Positions 10,636-20,224 of a stretch of DNA of 53,474 nt are shown piece by piece (positions within the stretch are counted from its first letter, which is position 1; each line of letters begins with the position of its first letter). A program made the translations under genes and the position numbers. The notes under the pieces were generated by a model. That model was not told the origin of the DNA and searched no databases. It saw nothing but the letters and a program-made list of their open reading frames with translations. The stretch comes from a virus (lineage: Duplodnaviria; Caudoviricetes), in the IMG/VR virus record IMGVR_UViG_3300025131_010455, positions 1 to 53,474 of that record. The stretch is one strand, 5' to 3'.

Positions 10636-12455
10636 TATTTAACTGTTCCTCTTATATCGTGTTTTGGAAATTTAATCTCAAAAATTACATTGGCCGGACA
10701 TTTTATAGCTCTGCCATCGGGTGTTAAATTTTCTTCTATGTCCATAAAAGTGCTGGAGTGATCTAAAGTATCTTTTCTTAAAATTTTAACTCTGGTAGTA
10801 TCAGTGATACCTTCAACTGAATTAAGAATTTGATATACTTCTGTTATATTAAAGCTCTCCCCTATGTCAAAATAATTTAATGAGTAAAACTGCTCTAAAG
10901 TAGATGTGGCACCTTCTAAGGCTGCATACTTATTTGCTGCAGATCTGCTAAATAATTCAAATTCAATACCCAAATTGACAATTTTAGCATCTAAGATATC
11001 AATAGTGTCATTAATCATTTTAAATTGATTTAGCCATGTCTTTAAATTGTTTTTAATAGTTATTGGAGTCTTAATTAACTTCCCATTAAAATCTTCAGAA
11101 ATAACATATATATTGAGATTTCTTCTAAAAGAATCTGCATCTTGTGTAATATGACATCTTTTTATAGAACCAAATTGACCAGACATTTTATAAATTAAAC
11201 TTTTATAATCATTTAAAGTGACAGCACGATTTTGCGTCGCAAAATGGTGCTGTGTGCGAAATCTTAATTCATCTGTTGTGGGGTTTCGAACTGAGCCAAC
11301 AATCGGATTTTCATTATCGCACTGCAACGAAGTGACCACATCTGAAATCGAACTTGCAACTAAAGTTTCCCCTTCTATTGCAGCAGGAAAATCAAATTCA
11401 GATTGTGTAACTTTTGTAACAGATCTTGCCGCTGTGTTAACATTTGTTATAGAATTTATTCTATAAACCACAGTTAGTGTTGTATTTGCTGGAGCTACAC
11501 CAAATTTGTTGCTTTTAATTAATTTATTCGGATCAAACGAGTCGTCCGCAATATAATTTTTTCCATGTAAATTTAAAACCACGTTTTCTGGATGTACAAG
11601 ACCAGCGTCTGATAGTTCATCATCTGAACCATGGCCAAAAATAAGCTGCACTCTCTCAATAACATCTCTCCGTGCAATAAACCTTCTTGGCACTTTAATG
11701 GGTTTTAAAATATATGGAGCTTCTTTTTTGTCAGCTGATGTATTTTGTAAAAAATTGTATACTACATCTTGTGATAAATATTCTACTTCATGCCATATGT
11801 GCCCCCCAGAATCAGTTACAGAAATTATATCTGTTACGTTAGCGCCATTTAATGTAATTGTTTTAAATCTTTGAGCCTCATTTATTATAAAATCTTCTGT
11901 TGCTATTTCTCCAGATACAACACGGCCATATCCTTTGATTGCGTAGTGAGTGGGCGCGCCCGTATCAGAATTTACTTTTGCAACAACAACTTCATTGTTT
12001 GGCAATGAAAAATCAACATTTTCCGTGAGCATGAACGACACACCAGCGTTTGAAGTAACTGCGGTATTTCCTCTTTTCAAAATCGGTATATATTTTTCAT
12101 CCACGCCAATTCCATTTGATTTTGCCGGCGCTAATACATAAAATGCGACCACGCCAGTTGCAACTGGATTAAAATTATGGTGATATCCAGCTTGCTGACT
12201 AAGTCTTAAGACATTTCCATATTCTATTGCTGTATCTAGAAAACACTCATTCGCCTGGTAGTCTAAATAAAAAGATAAAATATCGCCAACATAAGCTACG
12301 GTATCAACCATTAAAGAGCCAAATGAATTGCTAGAAAAGTCCCTAAATGATAGAGGATAGTATCTTCTAACATGCTCTAATAAGTCCTCGCGGATTGTGT
12401 GGAATTCTCTACTAGTGTAATTAATTGCTGGCTCAAATTTTAATTCATCAGACAT
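10635..12455 (-). CDS. Baseplate wedge subunit (T4 gp6 / baseplate J-like)
   Basis: N-terminal YTSREFHTIREDL...DFSSNSFGSLMVDTVAYVGDILSFYLDYQANECFLDTA and internal QNRAVTLNDY are characteristic gp6-family motifs. Adjacent to a gp25-like gene. Confidence 0.9.
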   Translation of the reverse strand: MSDELKFEPAINYTSREFHTIREDLLEHVRRYYPLSFRDFSSNSFGSLMVDTVAYVGDILSFYLDYQANECFLDTAIEYGNVLRLSQQAGYHHNFNPVATGVVAFYVLAPAKSNGIGVDEKYIPILKRGNTAVTSNAGVSFMLTENVDFSLPNNEVVVAKVNSDTGAPTHYAIKGYGRVVSGEIATEDFIINEAQRFKTITLNGANVTDIISVTDSGGHIWHEVEYLSQDVVYNFLQNTSADKKEAPYILKPIKVPRRFIARRDVIERVQLIFGHGSDDELSDAGLVHPENVVLNLHGKNYIADDSFDPNKLIKSNKFGVAPANTTLTVVYRINSITNVNTAARSVTKVTQSEFDFPAAIEGETLVASSISDVVTSLQCDNENPIVGSVRNPTTDELRFRTQHHFATQNRAVTLNDYKSLIYKMSGQFGSIKRCHITQDADSFRRNLNIYVISEDFNGKLIKTPITIKNNLKTWLNQFKMINDTIDILDAKIVNLGIEFELFSRSAANKYAALEGATSTLEQFYSLNYFDIGESFNITEVYQILNSVEGITDTTRVKILRKDTLDHSSTFMDIEENLTPDGRAIKCPANVIFEIKFPKHDIRGTVK

Positions 12456-12469
12456 CTTTTTTCCTCTTG

Positions 12470-12871
12470 TTAAACATCCATAGTTGCCACATCAATATCC
12501 AAAAACGCCAACTCCCTCATAAGAGGGACTGTATATACTATGCGCAGCTGCATTGCGTTATCTACCATGTCAGGAATTTGATCGCGAGTTAACATAAATA
12601 TTTTTTCTATTTTAATCTCTGGCATATAAATTTGCGCTTGCTCCATGATAGCGCTTTTCAACTCTTGCCTTATATCGACAGTGTCTGGCTCAAAAAGATA
12701 TCTTCGAAGACCAACTCCATAGCGCGGTGTCATCATTCGCTCACCAGGGGCTGTCAATATTAGCATCTTCAAATTTTGTCTAATTAATGTTTTTCTATTC
12801 TTAATTAATGTATATGCGCCATCTATACTATCAACTTCGAGCGGCAAACGAGGAGCATAACCTACAGCCAT
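12470..12871 (-). CDS. Baseplate wedge / sheath initiator, GPW/gp25 family
   Basis: IRQNLKMLILTAPGERMMTPRYGVGLRRYLFEP matches the gp25 signature (L.T.pGER.m.P.fG..L...lFe). SD AAAGGAG upstream. Confidence 0.9.
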   Translation of the reverse strand: MAVGYAPRLPLEVDSIDGAYTLIKNRKTLIRQNLKMLILTAPGERMMTPRYGVGLRRYLFEPDTVDIRQELKSAIMEQAQIYMPEIKIEKIFMLTRDQIPDMVDNAMQLRIVYTVPLMRELAFLDIDVATMDV

Positions 12872-12891
12872 TTATGTTTCTCCTTTAAAAC

Positions 12892-12898
12892 TAAATAG
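12892..12898 (-). promoter_or_regulatory. Candidate phage late-promoter motif CTATTTA
   Basis: Lies in a rare intergenic gap about 20 nt upstream of the gp25-like ATG. The same heptamer sits at nearly the same spacing upstream of phoH (52202-52208). Only two intergenic examples. Confidence 0.35.
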
Positions 12899-12928
12899 AT
12901 TTTTGTTCGAAAAAGGGTCTAAAATATG

Positions 12929-15900
12929 TTATTCTTCACCTACGAGTTTATAATCCGGAGAATCAACTGTTTCAGGACATGGCGATTCCAAACCTGCTTC
13001 TTCGGCCTCTGCAGCTTCATCCTCTTCCCACCAGGCTGGCAATCTGAAATTTTCTAAAATCCATGCAGTCATTCCAAGCGGGGTCCATGGAAATTTTTTC
13101 CACGAAGGATCAATCAAACCGGCTATTCCTTTTATAATTTTAATAGGAGTCATAGTGATAATTTTGCTTGGATCAAATGGTACGACCCCAACGACATTCA
13201 TTATATCTCCAAAAAGACCTAAATCTGGAAAACTAAAGCCACCTTTGAGACCTTCTGATTCATTTTTGTAATCATGTGCGTTTAATAAAGTATAAAATAC
13301 TGATTTTATATTAGATTTTGTATTTTTAAAAATATCTTTAAATTTAGGCTGCAGAGACAAATAATAATGGTTCTGCATTGCAATAAAAGAAGCTAATTCA
13401 GGTAAATTAAAAATTTGTTTAAATAATAAATTATAATTTTCATCTTCAAGCATCATGGCCATTAATTGTTCACGAGGATATACTTCTTCTAACGACTCCA
13501 CTGTGCTAAAATAATCTATTGGATGATCTTCATCGATTGGTATTTGCACATCAATTAAAGGTACAGAAAAAATATGATCCGATTTTGTCTGAGGGACCTC
13601 GGAACCTTGACCTTTGACAAGAATTTTATGATAATACGCTTTTTTCTGTGACCCGGTGGGGAAATCACCAGAAAATGCAGGAGTTGCATATTTTTTAAAA
13701 GGCGATTCTGCCCAAATGTCAATTCCACCTTTAAACTCTGAGCCTACTTCTGTTGCGAAAACCATCCTTAAACCATATTTCCACTTAAAATATTTTCTGT
13801 GATCTTTCTCATGCCAATTCGTCGCGAATTCGCCCTTTTCACTAGTTATTTTTATCCACAACTCTTTCCATGTTTGTATATTAACATACCCTATGTATTT
13901 TTTTCTATTATCTTCATCTTCCCAAATATTACCATATAATGTCTCTTGGTCCCCGTCAGCCGTCCCCCACTGTATAGCATCTTTTAGTTCCTGTGTAAAG
14001 TCTACATGCAGATATGGCTGTAAATAAAATCCCAAGCGTCGACCACCATCTAAAGTCCCAAATAAATTAGAAGTCTTTGAGCCAAATAAGAATGGAGATT
14101 CATCGTTCCATATCAAATCGTTTTGGTGTATTCCCTGTCCCTCGTTTGGATCACCGATAAACCAAACGCCGGCATCTCCTTCTATACTCGGCATTCTATG
14201 GAAAATGTCTTTGTCAAGATTTTCATATAAACATTTATTTAAAAACCAATCATCGACTGTTGATCCTACCACCATATATTGTTTCATCTTTTCTGAAACT
14301 TCTATTAATTCTCCATACATAATATGCCTAAGCTCTCTTCTCGATTGGTTTTCTGATACAACTAACTGTATAGAAGCTTGATCCGGGAATTCATTTAAAT
14401 GAAGTTTGCCCGGGGCGTCAGAATCATCAAAATTGTAAGGCTCCTCAGTTATAGGATCTTTAAGTATTGTTTCTCCTCCTTGTTTTAATTCCCATTCGTT
14501 GTTAATTTTATCATAACGCTTGTTGACTAATATGTCGTGTATTGCTTTTTTTATATCTTCAGGATAAGTAGGATAATTTAAAGATACATGAGAGAATGTT
14601 GCTTGCTCATCTCTATATATATTCAAATCATCCAATACATGTTGTAATAAATAATCTAGAAAAGCATCATTTAGAATTGTTGAAAAATCAAATTTAGAAT
14701 GCATAAATACATTTGATAAAACCATTTCCACTGCATATACACGAAACAAGGTCATAACAAGTGATTCTAAATTAGATAATTCGAACGGACCAGGCCCATC
14801 CACAATCCCTGGTGAAGTTCCACATTCTAATTCGTTTTGTCTTTTTTTGGCATTAGCTTTTATTCCATCAATGTCTAATAAATTAGTCGTTGTGACGGGA
14901 ATAGGACAATCTTTACTCACAGCAGTTTTAAATGAGTCTTTAAAGATCTTTGATAATTTTTTAACGTTATCAGTCTCCCAAAAATAAGAATCTGTAGTTT
15001 GCCATGAAAATTCATTTAAAAAGTTTCTTGTTGTGAAGGGGAAAGCTCTTTCTGAAAAATATTTTTGAATCAAATGATGGTCTGTGTACGTGATGAGCAG
15101 ATTTGCATCTATAAGTTCGCTAAATTGCGCAGATTGCCAAGTTTTAAAATTTAACCATTCATCACTCCAGCCGGCCTCATTGCCTTCCATTTGATATACC
15201 GATGGCCAAAGGAAGTTTTTAAGGTCATAAGTTGGCACCCACTTACCTTCTTTCAGTCGGAGAATATAAAAACGTTTCAAAGGCTCTGCAATATCTTTTT
15301 GTTCACTTTGGCTTTTTATAACATATGGTTGAGTATGAGCGAAAACAAGATCTTTTCCTCCGATATCTTTCTTCTCATATGTGCCCCATATCATTCCGGT
15401 CTTTGACTTCCCAAAATTATTATTTTTTAATAGCCAGGCTTTCAATTCTGGTCTGACTTGCTGTTCGGCCGATGCATCCATGGATGGAATGATCGTAGGC
15501 GCGCCTTCCTCGGTCAAAGCAGTTTGCAATACTTTTGCCATGACCGAGGCCTGTAGTACTTCATTGTCGTCAGTCCACGCCGCAGGAATAAGATATTCAA
15601 AAAACCCTTGAACATCTGAAGCAAAAGATTTTAAAATTGGTTGGAATAATGTATCTTGTACCAATTCAGAAAGATAAGTCTCAGCTTCTGGTTTGATTGG
15701 TCTTTGCATGCCTTGAGAAATGCCATTTTCATCAGTGCAATCCTCCATGCCAGGTTCTGGGAGATTATCAAACATTGTCTCTGGATTACCCGTTGCAACA
15801 TCAAGAGCCTTCATAAAAACATCTTTTTGTGCCTGTTTAATGGCATCTAGCATGTCTTTATTTTGTTCCGGTGTCAGACGATCGTTTATCAGCGCGTCTC

Positions 15901-18900
15901 TATAGCTTGTTCTTGGGTCACCTGGAGGACATACTTCTTCATATTTTATTTGTACTCTGTTCAAGTCATTAACAATTTCTTCGCAAAAAGATGCATCAAT
16001 TAATTTACCAAATCTTCTGAAAAGAGATTTAATTTTTGTTTTAGTATTTAAGGCCATGGCTATTTCGGGATAGCCTTTCTCTATTATTCTTTCAATGTAA
16101 GTTAAGGTTCCCTCAGAAGGAATTCCATTAATTAATGTACACAATTCTCTTGGAGTAAGAACCGCAGATACATCTTCTAAGAATTTTTCAAAATTAGCTA
16201 GCGTTGGGCGCTTATAGTTCTTTTCATTTGTTTGCGCAATAAAAGGTAGAGGATCTAGATCACTATGTACATCAGGAGTCTCAATTCCAAAATCATTAAA
16301 TAATTTTCTTGCAGAATTTAATCTTTTTGCTTCTTGGTCGAGGAGATCGCTCAATTGTTGTGCACCGGGCAAATCATTTTCACTGCTTTCATCTTCAGGG
16401 TTTAAGCCGAGTGCTTCTGCCAATGCCTTCATGCCCTCTTCACAATATTTAATTAAATCCTGTAAAAGTCCAGAAACAATGCCTATAATCGCAGCTGTTA
16501 TTAATTCTAAAAGTGCTCTTTTAATTAACTGAGCAAAGGCCCACAAAATATCATCAGTTGGATATTTTGGTCTCGCCGGCCAGGTTGGTTTTTTGGGCAT
16601 AAGAACCTTTACAAACTTTTTATATGAAAACTCAAGCTCTCCCTTTGTCATTTTTTCTAAAAGATCTAAAAATTCTGGAATTAATCCAATTATGCCTTCA
16701 CAAATTATTCTTTTAATTTCTGGATCCTGCAGCGTTGCTATACTGGACATAAATTTTTGTTCGATATTTGCGGCGCCACCGAGCTGCTCCGGAGGTATCG
16801 TGGATCCAATACTTTGGTTCCAGGCCGAATCTGCTGCCATCTTATCAGCCTCTGCGCCACTAAGCTTTATTTCCAAGTAAGTAATACTGTTCTCGTTAGG
16901 TCCTACTGCGTCCGGACCATCACTTGAAGAGCCTTTCAGCTTATTCAACATTTTTTCTAGCTCTTTTTTTTCTGTCTCTTGTTCTGATGTTAAGTTGCCC
17001 CACGATTCAAACATACTTAATTCATTTAACTGAAGTAAAGTTATAGCATACTTTTCTTCTTGCAGGTTTAATTCTTTCTCGTACACCTCCATGTCAAGCT
17101 GAGCTGCCTTTACTGATGTATCTTGTTGAACTTTGGCATCCTCTATGGCGCCAATAGTTTCTTGGAATTCTTCATCAAAACTTCCTGCATAATCAAAAAA
17201 AGTTTTTCCAGAACCAGGCGGCATTTCAGTTGCAAACAAACTTTGTATTATTGAATCAATACCTAATTTATTTAATGCAGCTTCACATAATATTTGTAAA
17301 ATATTTTCTGGCCACAAACATGCCACTAGTTTAGCAGCATATTGACGTATATCTATGCGGTGTAAAATTCTTTGATAAACATCCCCTAGAGTATCTAAAT
17401 CTTTAGGATCCCTAGTTGCCTGACTAGAATATAAATCATCTACAGCACTATGCCAATCCCTTCGAAAATTTAAATAATTTCTTTTCCAAGTTAATTGAGT
17501 TACTGCAGCATTTTGCTCGCGAGCTTCGGATTGCTGGCGGATCACGGCCGTGTTGGCGCCGGCTTTTTCAAGTACTTTTTTAGGATCTTTTGTTGTTGGC
17601 GGTTCAGATACTATGCTTCTTTGAGGGTATATATTCTTGTCGATAAAGGTTCGCCATGGTGTTTTTGCAACTGTTTTTTTAGAAAAACCTTTTGTGCCAT
17701 AAATCATATGTCTAAGGTTGTATAACAAGGACATACATTCTGAAGATTTAATCACTTCCGAATTATATAAAGCAATTTTATGAGATGCTCTTTTGTACGA
17801 CAAGATCTTATCGGGGTCATCCCACAAGTTTTCAGCAAGAATCCAAGATTTGTCAATGTGATCGACAACCCCTTCTTTAAGCACTTCACTTTTAAAATCA
17901 AATGTTTTTCCCCGCTTGGACTTAAGCAATCTTATAGAGATAATTCTATATTCATCATCAAACGTAAATTCAAAAGCATATTTTGAACGGCGGTTAAATA
18001 TTTTTTTTGCATTCAATTCTTTTGGTAATTTGGCAACATCTATAAGCTTTTTAAATTTATTATAAAATGTATTTAATAACTTTGCAGTTTCTTCTAAGTC
18101 CAATGCCGGCTTTAAGTTTATATCTTCAGCAGCCTCTATTTGTTTATGATAAAAATGTAAAACACCTTTTTCTGAATTTGCGCACAAGAAGTCTAAATCT
18201 TTCTTAAAGTATTTTGCTGGTAGATATGTAACTCTTGATATCTCATGGGCATTGTTAACATCTTTAAGACCTTTAACTTCTATAGTTTTAGACTGTAGGT
18301 TATCAATATCTTTTTTGAGTATGCGCACGCGAACAAGTACACGATCTAGCGACTCTTGCGAATGTGGTGGTTGAGGTCTAATTCGTAAATGAATGCCATC
18401 AGCAAAGCTTTCTGGGACATGCGCATCTGTCCAATCTCCGTACTCCCCCGTATACTCTCCTGGTTCTTTTTTATTATAGTACTCTGCAATAAGTTTATAG
18501 CCTTCTTTGCTAGCTGTCTTTTTTATTTCATCAATCGCCCATGTGTCGCCAGAAAATTCCTTAAGAGATGTAATTATACCTCCCGACTCCGGATGCGTCG
18601 CCAATAATACGATATTATAAAATAATTGTTTGCTTTCAGCAGGTTGATAATATTCCTCGGCTGTCCATGGCGTTGCTGCTGGTCTATTCCACCAATCAGC
18701 GATAATTTCTGGAACTGGTGGTGGCGATAGCTCTTGCTGTACATAAAGTTTTTTTGCAGTTACATAATTTCTAAAATTTTCCTCATCTATTTCAATTTCT
18801 ACAGTATAATTTACAGTATTTTTCGCATAGTCTACTTCTAGTGTATTAGATATATATTCAATATACCAACTAGCAATTTCATTATTTAATGCGGATGTTT

Positions 18901-19174
18901 CGTTATTATTGAGAATATTATTTGCTATCTTCTTTAGAACATCGTCGGTTGATTGGTTTTGCCCACTTATCCACTTTTGTATTTCAGGTTGACTTGAATA
19001 AGTGGTACCAGAATTTGATAAATATTCTTTAGCTTTTTCAAAATATGTCTTAAAAGCAAATCTAACAGCTTTTTCATATAAAAGCTGTTTTTTTGAATCA
19101 GAGACATCATCCAGAGACTTCCCGGGTTGGTGGACAACATCGATATTTGCTGTAGCGCGTAATATTGCAGTCAT
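12929..19174 (-). CDS. Large hypothetical virion-associated protein (2081 aa)
   Basis: Long ORF inside the tail/baseplate block with a central coiled-coil-like acidic segment and scattered Cys. No family recognised. Confidence 0.75.
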   Translation of the reverse strand: MTAILRATANIDVVHQPGKSLDDVSDSKKQLLYEKAVRFAFKTYFEKAKEYLSNSGTTYSSQPEIQKWISGQNQSTDDVLKKIANNILNNNETSALNNEIASWYIEYISNTLEVDYAKNTVNYTVEIEIDEENFRNYVTAKKLYVQQELSPPPVPEIIADWWNRPAATPWTAEEYYQPAESKQLFYNIVLLATHPESGGIITSLKEFSGDTWAIDEIKKTASKEGYKLIAEYYNKKEPGEYTGEYGDWTDAHVPESFADGIHLRIRPQPPHSQESLDRVLVRVRILKKDIDNLQSKTIEVKGLKDVNNAHEISRVTYLPAKYFKKDLDFLCANSEKGVLHFYHKQIEAAEDINLKPALDLEETAKLLNTFYNKFKKLIDVAKLPKELNAKKIFNRRSKYAFEFTFDDEYRIISIRLLKSKRGKTFDFKSEVLKEGVVDHIDKSWILAENLWDDPDKILSYKRASHKIALYNSEVIKSSECMSLLYNLRHMIYGTKGFSKKTVAKTPWRTFIDKNIYPQRSIVSEPPTTKDPKKVLEKAGANTAVIRQQSEAREQNAAVTQLTWKRNYLNFRRDWHSAVDDLYSSQATRDPKDLDTLGDVYQRILHRIDIRQYAAKLVACLWPENILQILCEAALNKLGIDSIIQSLFATEMPPGSGKTFFDYAGSFDEEFQETIGAIEDAKVQQDTSVKAAQLDMEVYEKELNLQEEKYAITLLQLNELSMFESWGNLTSEQETEKKELEKMLNKLKGSSSDGPDAVGPNENSITYLEIKLSGAEADKMAADSAWNQSIGSTIPPEQLGGAANIEQKFMSSIATLQDPEIKRIICEGIIGLIPEFLDLLEKMTKGELEFSYKKFVKVLMPKKPTWPARPKYPTDDILWAFAQLIKRALLELITAAIIGIVSGLLQDLIKYCEEGMKALAEALGLNPEDESSENDLPGAQQLSDLLDQEAKRLNSARKLFNDFGIETPDVHSDLDPLPFIAQTNEKNYKRPTLANFEKFLEDVSAVLTPRELCTLINGIPSEGTLTYIERIIEKGYPEIAMALNTKTKIKSLFRRFGKLIDASFCEEIVNDLNRVQIKYEEVCPPGDPRTSYRDALINDRLTPEQNKDMLDAIKQAQKDVFMKALDVATGNPETMFDNLPEPGMEDCTDENGISQGMQRPIKPEAETYLSELVQDTLFQPILKSFASDVQGFFEYLIPAAWTDDNEVLQASVMAKVLQTALTEEGAPTIIPSMDASAEQQVRPELKAWLLKNNNFGKSKTGMIWGTYEKKDIGGKDLVFAHTQPYVIKSQSEQKDIAEPLKRFYILRLKEGKWVPTYDLKNFLWPSVYQMEGNEAGWSDEWLNFKTWQSAQFSELIDANLLITYTDHHLIQKYFSERAFPFTTRNFLNEFSWQTTDSYFWETDNVKKLSKIFKDSFKTAVSKDCPIPVTTTNLLDIDGIKANAKKRQNELECGTSPGIVDGPGPFELSNLESLVMTLFRVYAVEMVLSNVFMHSKFDFSTILNDAFLDYLLQHVLDDLNIYRDEQATFSHVSLNYPTYPEDIKKAIHDILVNKRYDKINNEWELKQGGETILKDPITEEPYNFDDSDAPGKLHLNEFPDQASIQLVVSENQSRRELRHIMYGELIEVSEKMKQYMVVGSTVDDWFLNKCLYENLDKDIFHRMPSIEGDAGVWFIGDPNEGQGIHQNDLIWNDESPFLFGSKTSNLFGTLDGGRRLGFYLQPYLHVDFTQELKDAIQWGTADGDQETLYGNIWEDEDNRKKYIGYVNIQTWKELWIKITSEKGEFATNWHEKDHRKYFKWKYGLRMVFATEVGSEFKGGIDIWAESPFKKYATPAFSGDFPTGSQKKAYYHKILVKGQGSEVPQTKSDHIFSVPLIDVQIPIDEDHPIDYFSTVESLEEVYPREQLMAMMLEDENYNLLFKQIFNLPELASFIAMQNHYYLSLQPKFKDIFKNTKSNIKSVFYTLLNAHDYKNESEGLKGGFSFPDLGLFGDIMNVVGVVPFDPSKIITMTPIKIIKGIAGLIDPSWKKFPWTPLGMTAWILENFRLPAWWEEDEAAEAEEAGLESPCPETVDSPDYKLVGEE

Positions 19175-19183
19175 ATAAATTCC

Positions 19184-20203
19184 TTAATTTGTGTTATTAA
19201 AACTACTCAATATGTAGAAAGGTCCGGTATCATTACAATAAAGAGGTTCCAAATTAGCTAAATTCCTTTTTTGTGCTATTATCGATTTCAAAGTTTGCGA
19301 CAATTGTCTTGTTAGAGCATTGGCGCCTTCTGGTGCACAGTTTGGTGAAGGGCTAGTTGGTATACCAAAAAATGGAGAAATGTGAGTGTGAGCTGCAATT
19401 GCGGCATTATACTTCATCTGAGAGCTTAAAAAACCAGAAACAATACCGTTTAAAGCACCTAGTTGTTCAAATATCTCTTGTATGCACTGCACCATGTTGA
19501 ATCCTTTGACCATCGGTTGCAGATCTTCATCGTTATTACCGGCAATTAAATCAATGCCGCCAGCAGATTCCAACAAACCTCCCTGAGAATTATGTATTCC
19601 GCCGGCTGAGCCAGGTCCATGAGTAATTAATTTAATGTTCTCTCTTCCAATTAATCTAATTCCATCTGCTTGTAAGGCTATAGCAGATTTTGGATTTTCA
19701 TCTAATCCTGCACTTCCAATAGTTCCTGGTGCTAATTTAAAATTATAATCAATATCAGTTTTTTGACTAATATAAATTCTAGCAGCATCCATTGCAATTG
19801 TTGGTTCTTCTCTGGATACACTTTCTGGTATTTCTCTAGTTGCAAATATCGGATCAACATAAATTCTTTCGCCACCTACATTTTCTTGCTTTGGATGTGG
19901 CGCCATTCTACCGACACAAAGGTCAATCATTCCAGATTGAGTATCACCCCTTCCACCATATCCACTAGTTATTCCGGACGGCCGGTCTCGGCCAAGGACA
20001 ATAAATGTATTATTTTGTCCTTTATAGATTGTTTCACACTCAGCTTCAATGAAATGTGGAATTCCCTCAACAAGTGTACCACAAGATACGCCACATTCTA
20101 AAGCATCTTTCTGTTCAGAAGTTCTTCTATTTTGAGCAGCCGCAACATCTAATGGCAAACCTGAAAGATTAATTGCTCGTTTTGGCTTATTTATTCGTCC
20201 CAT
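19184..20203 (-). CDS. Putative baseplate central spike protein (beta-helix-like body, C-terminal HxH apex)
   Basis: Short beta-strand repeats (AARIYISQ, SAIALQADGIRLIGRENIKLIT, GGIDLIAG) followed by a helix and AAHTHISP (HTH at 19382-19390), like the metal-binding tips of P2 gpV/phi92 gp138. Baseplate context. Confidence 0.6.
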   Translation of the reverse strand: MGRINKPKRAINLSGLPLDVAAAQNRRTSEQKDALECGVSCGTLVEGIPHFIEAECETIYKGQNNTFIVLGRDRPSGITSGYGGRGDTQSGMIDLCVGRMAPHPKQENVGGERIYVDPIFATREIPESVSREEPTIAMDAARIYISQKTDIDYNFKLAPGTIGSAGLDENPKSAIALQADGIRLIGRENIKLITHGPGSAGGIHNSQGGLLESAGGIDLIAGNNDEDLQPMVKGFNMVQCIQEIFEQLGALNGIVSGFLSSQMKYNAAIAAHTHISPFFGIPTSPSPNCAPEGANALTRQLSQTLKSIIAQKRNLANLEPLYCNDTGPFYILSSFNNTN

Positions 20204-20224
20204 TTCTTTTATCTATCTCCATGT

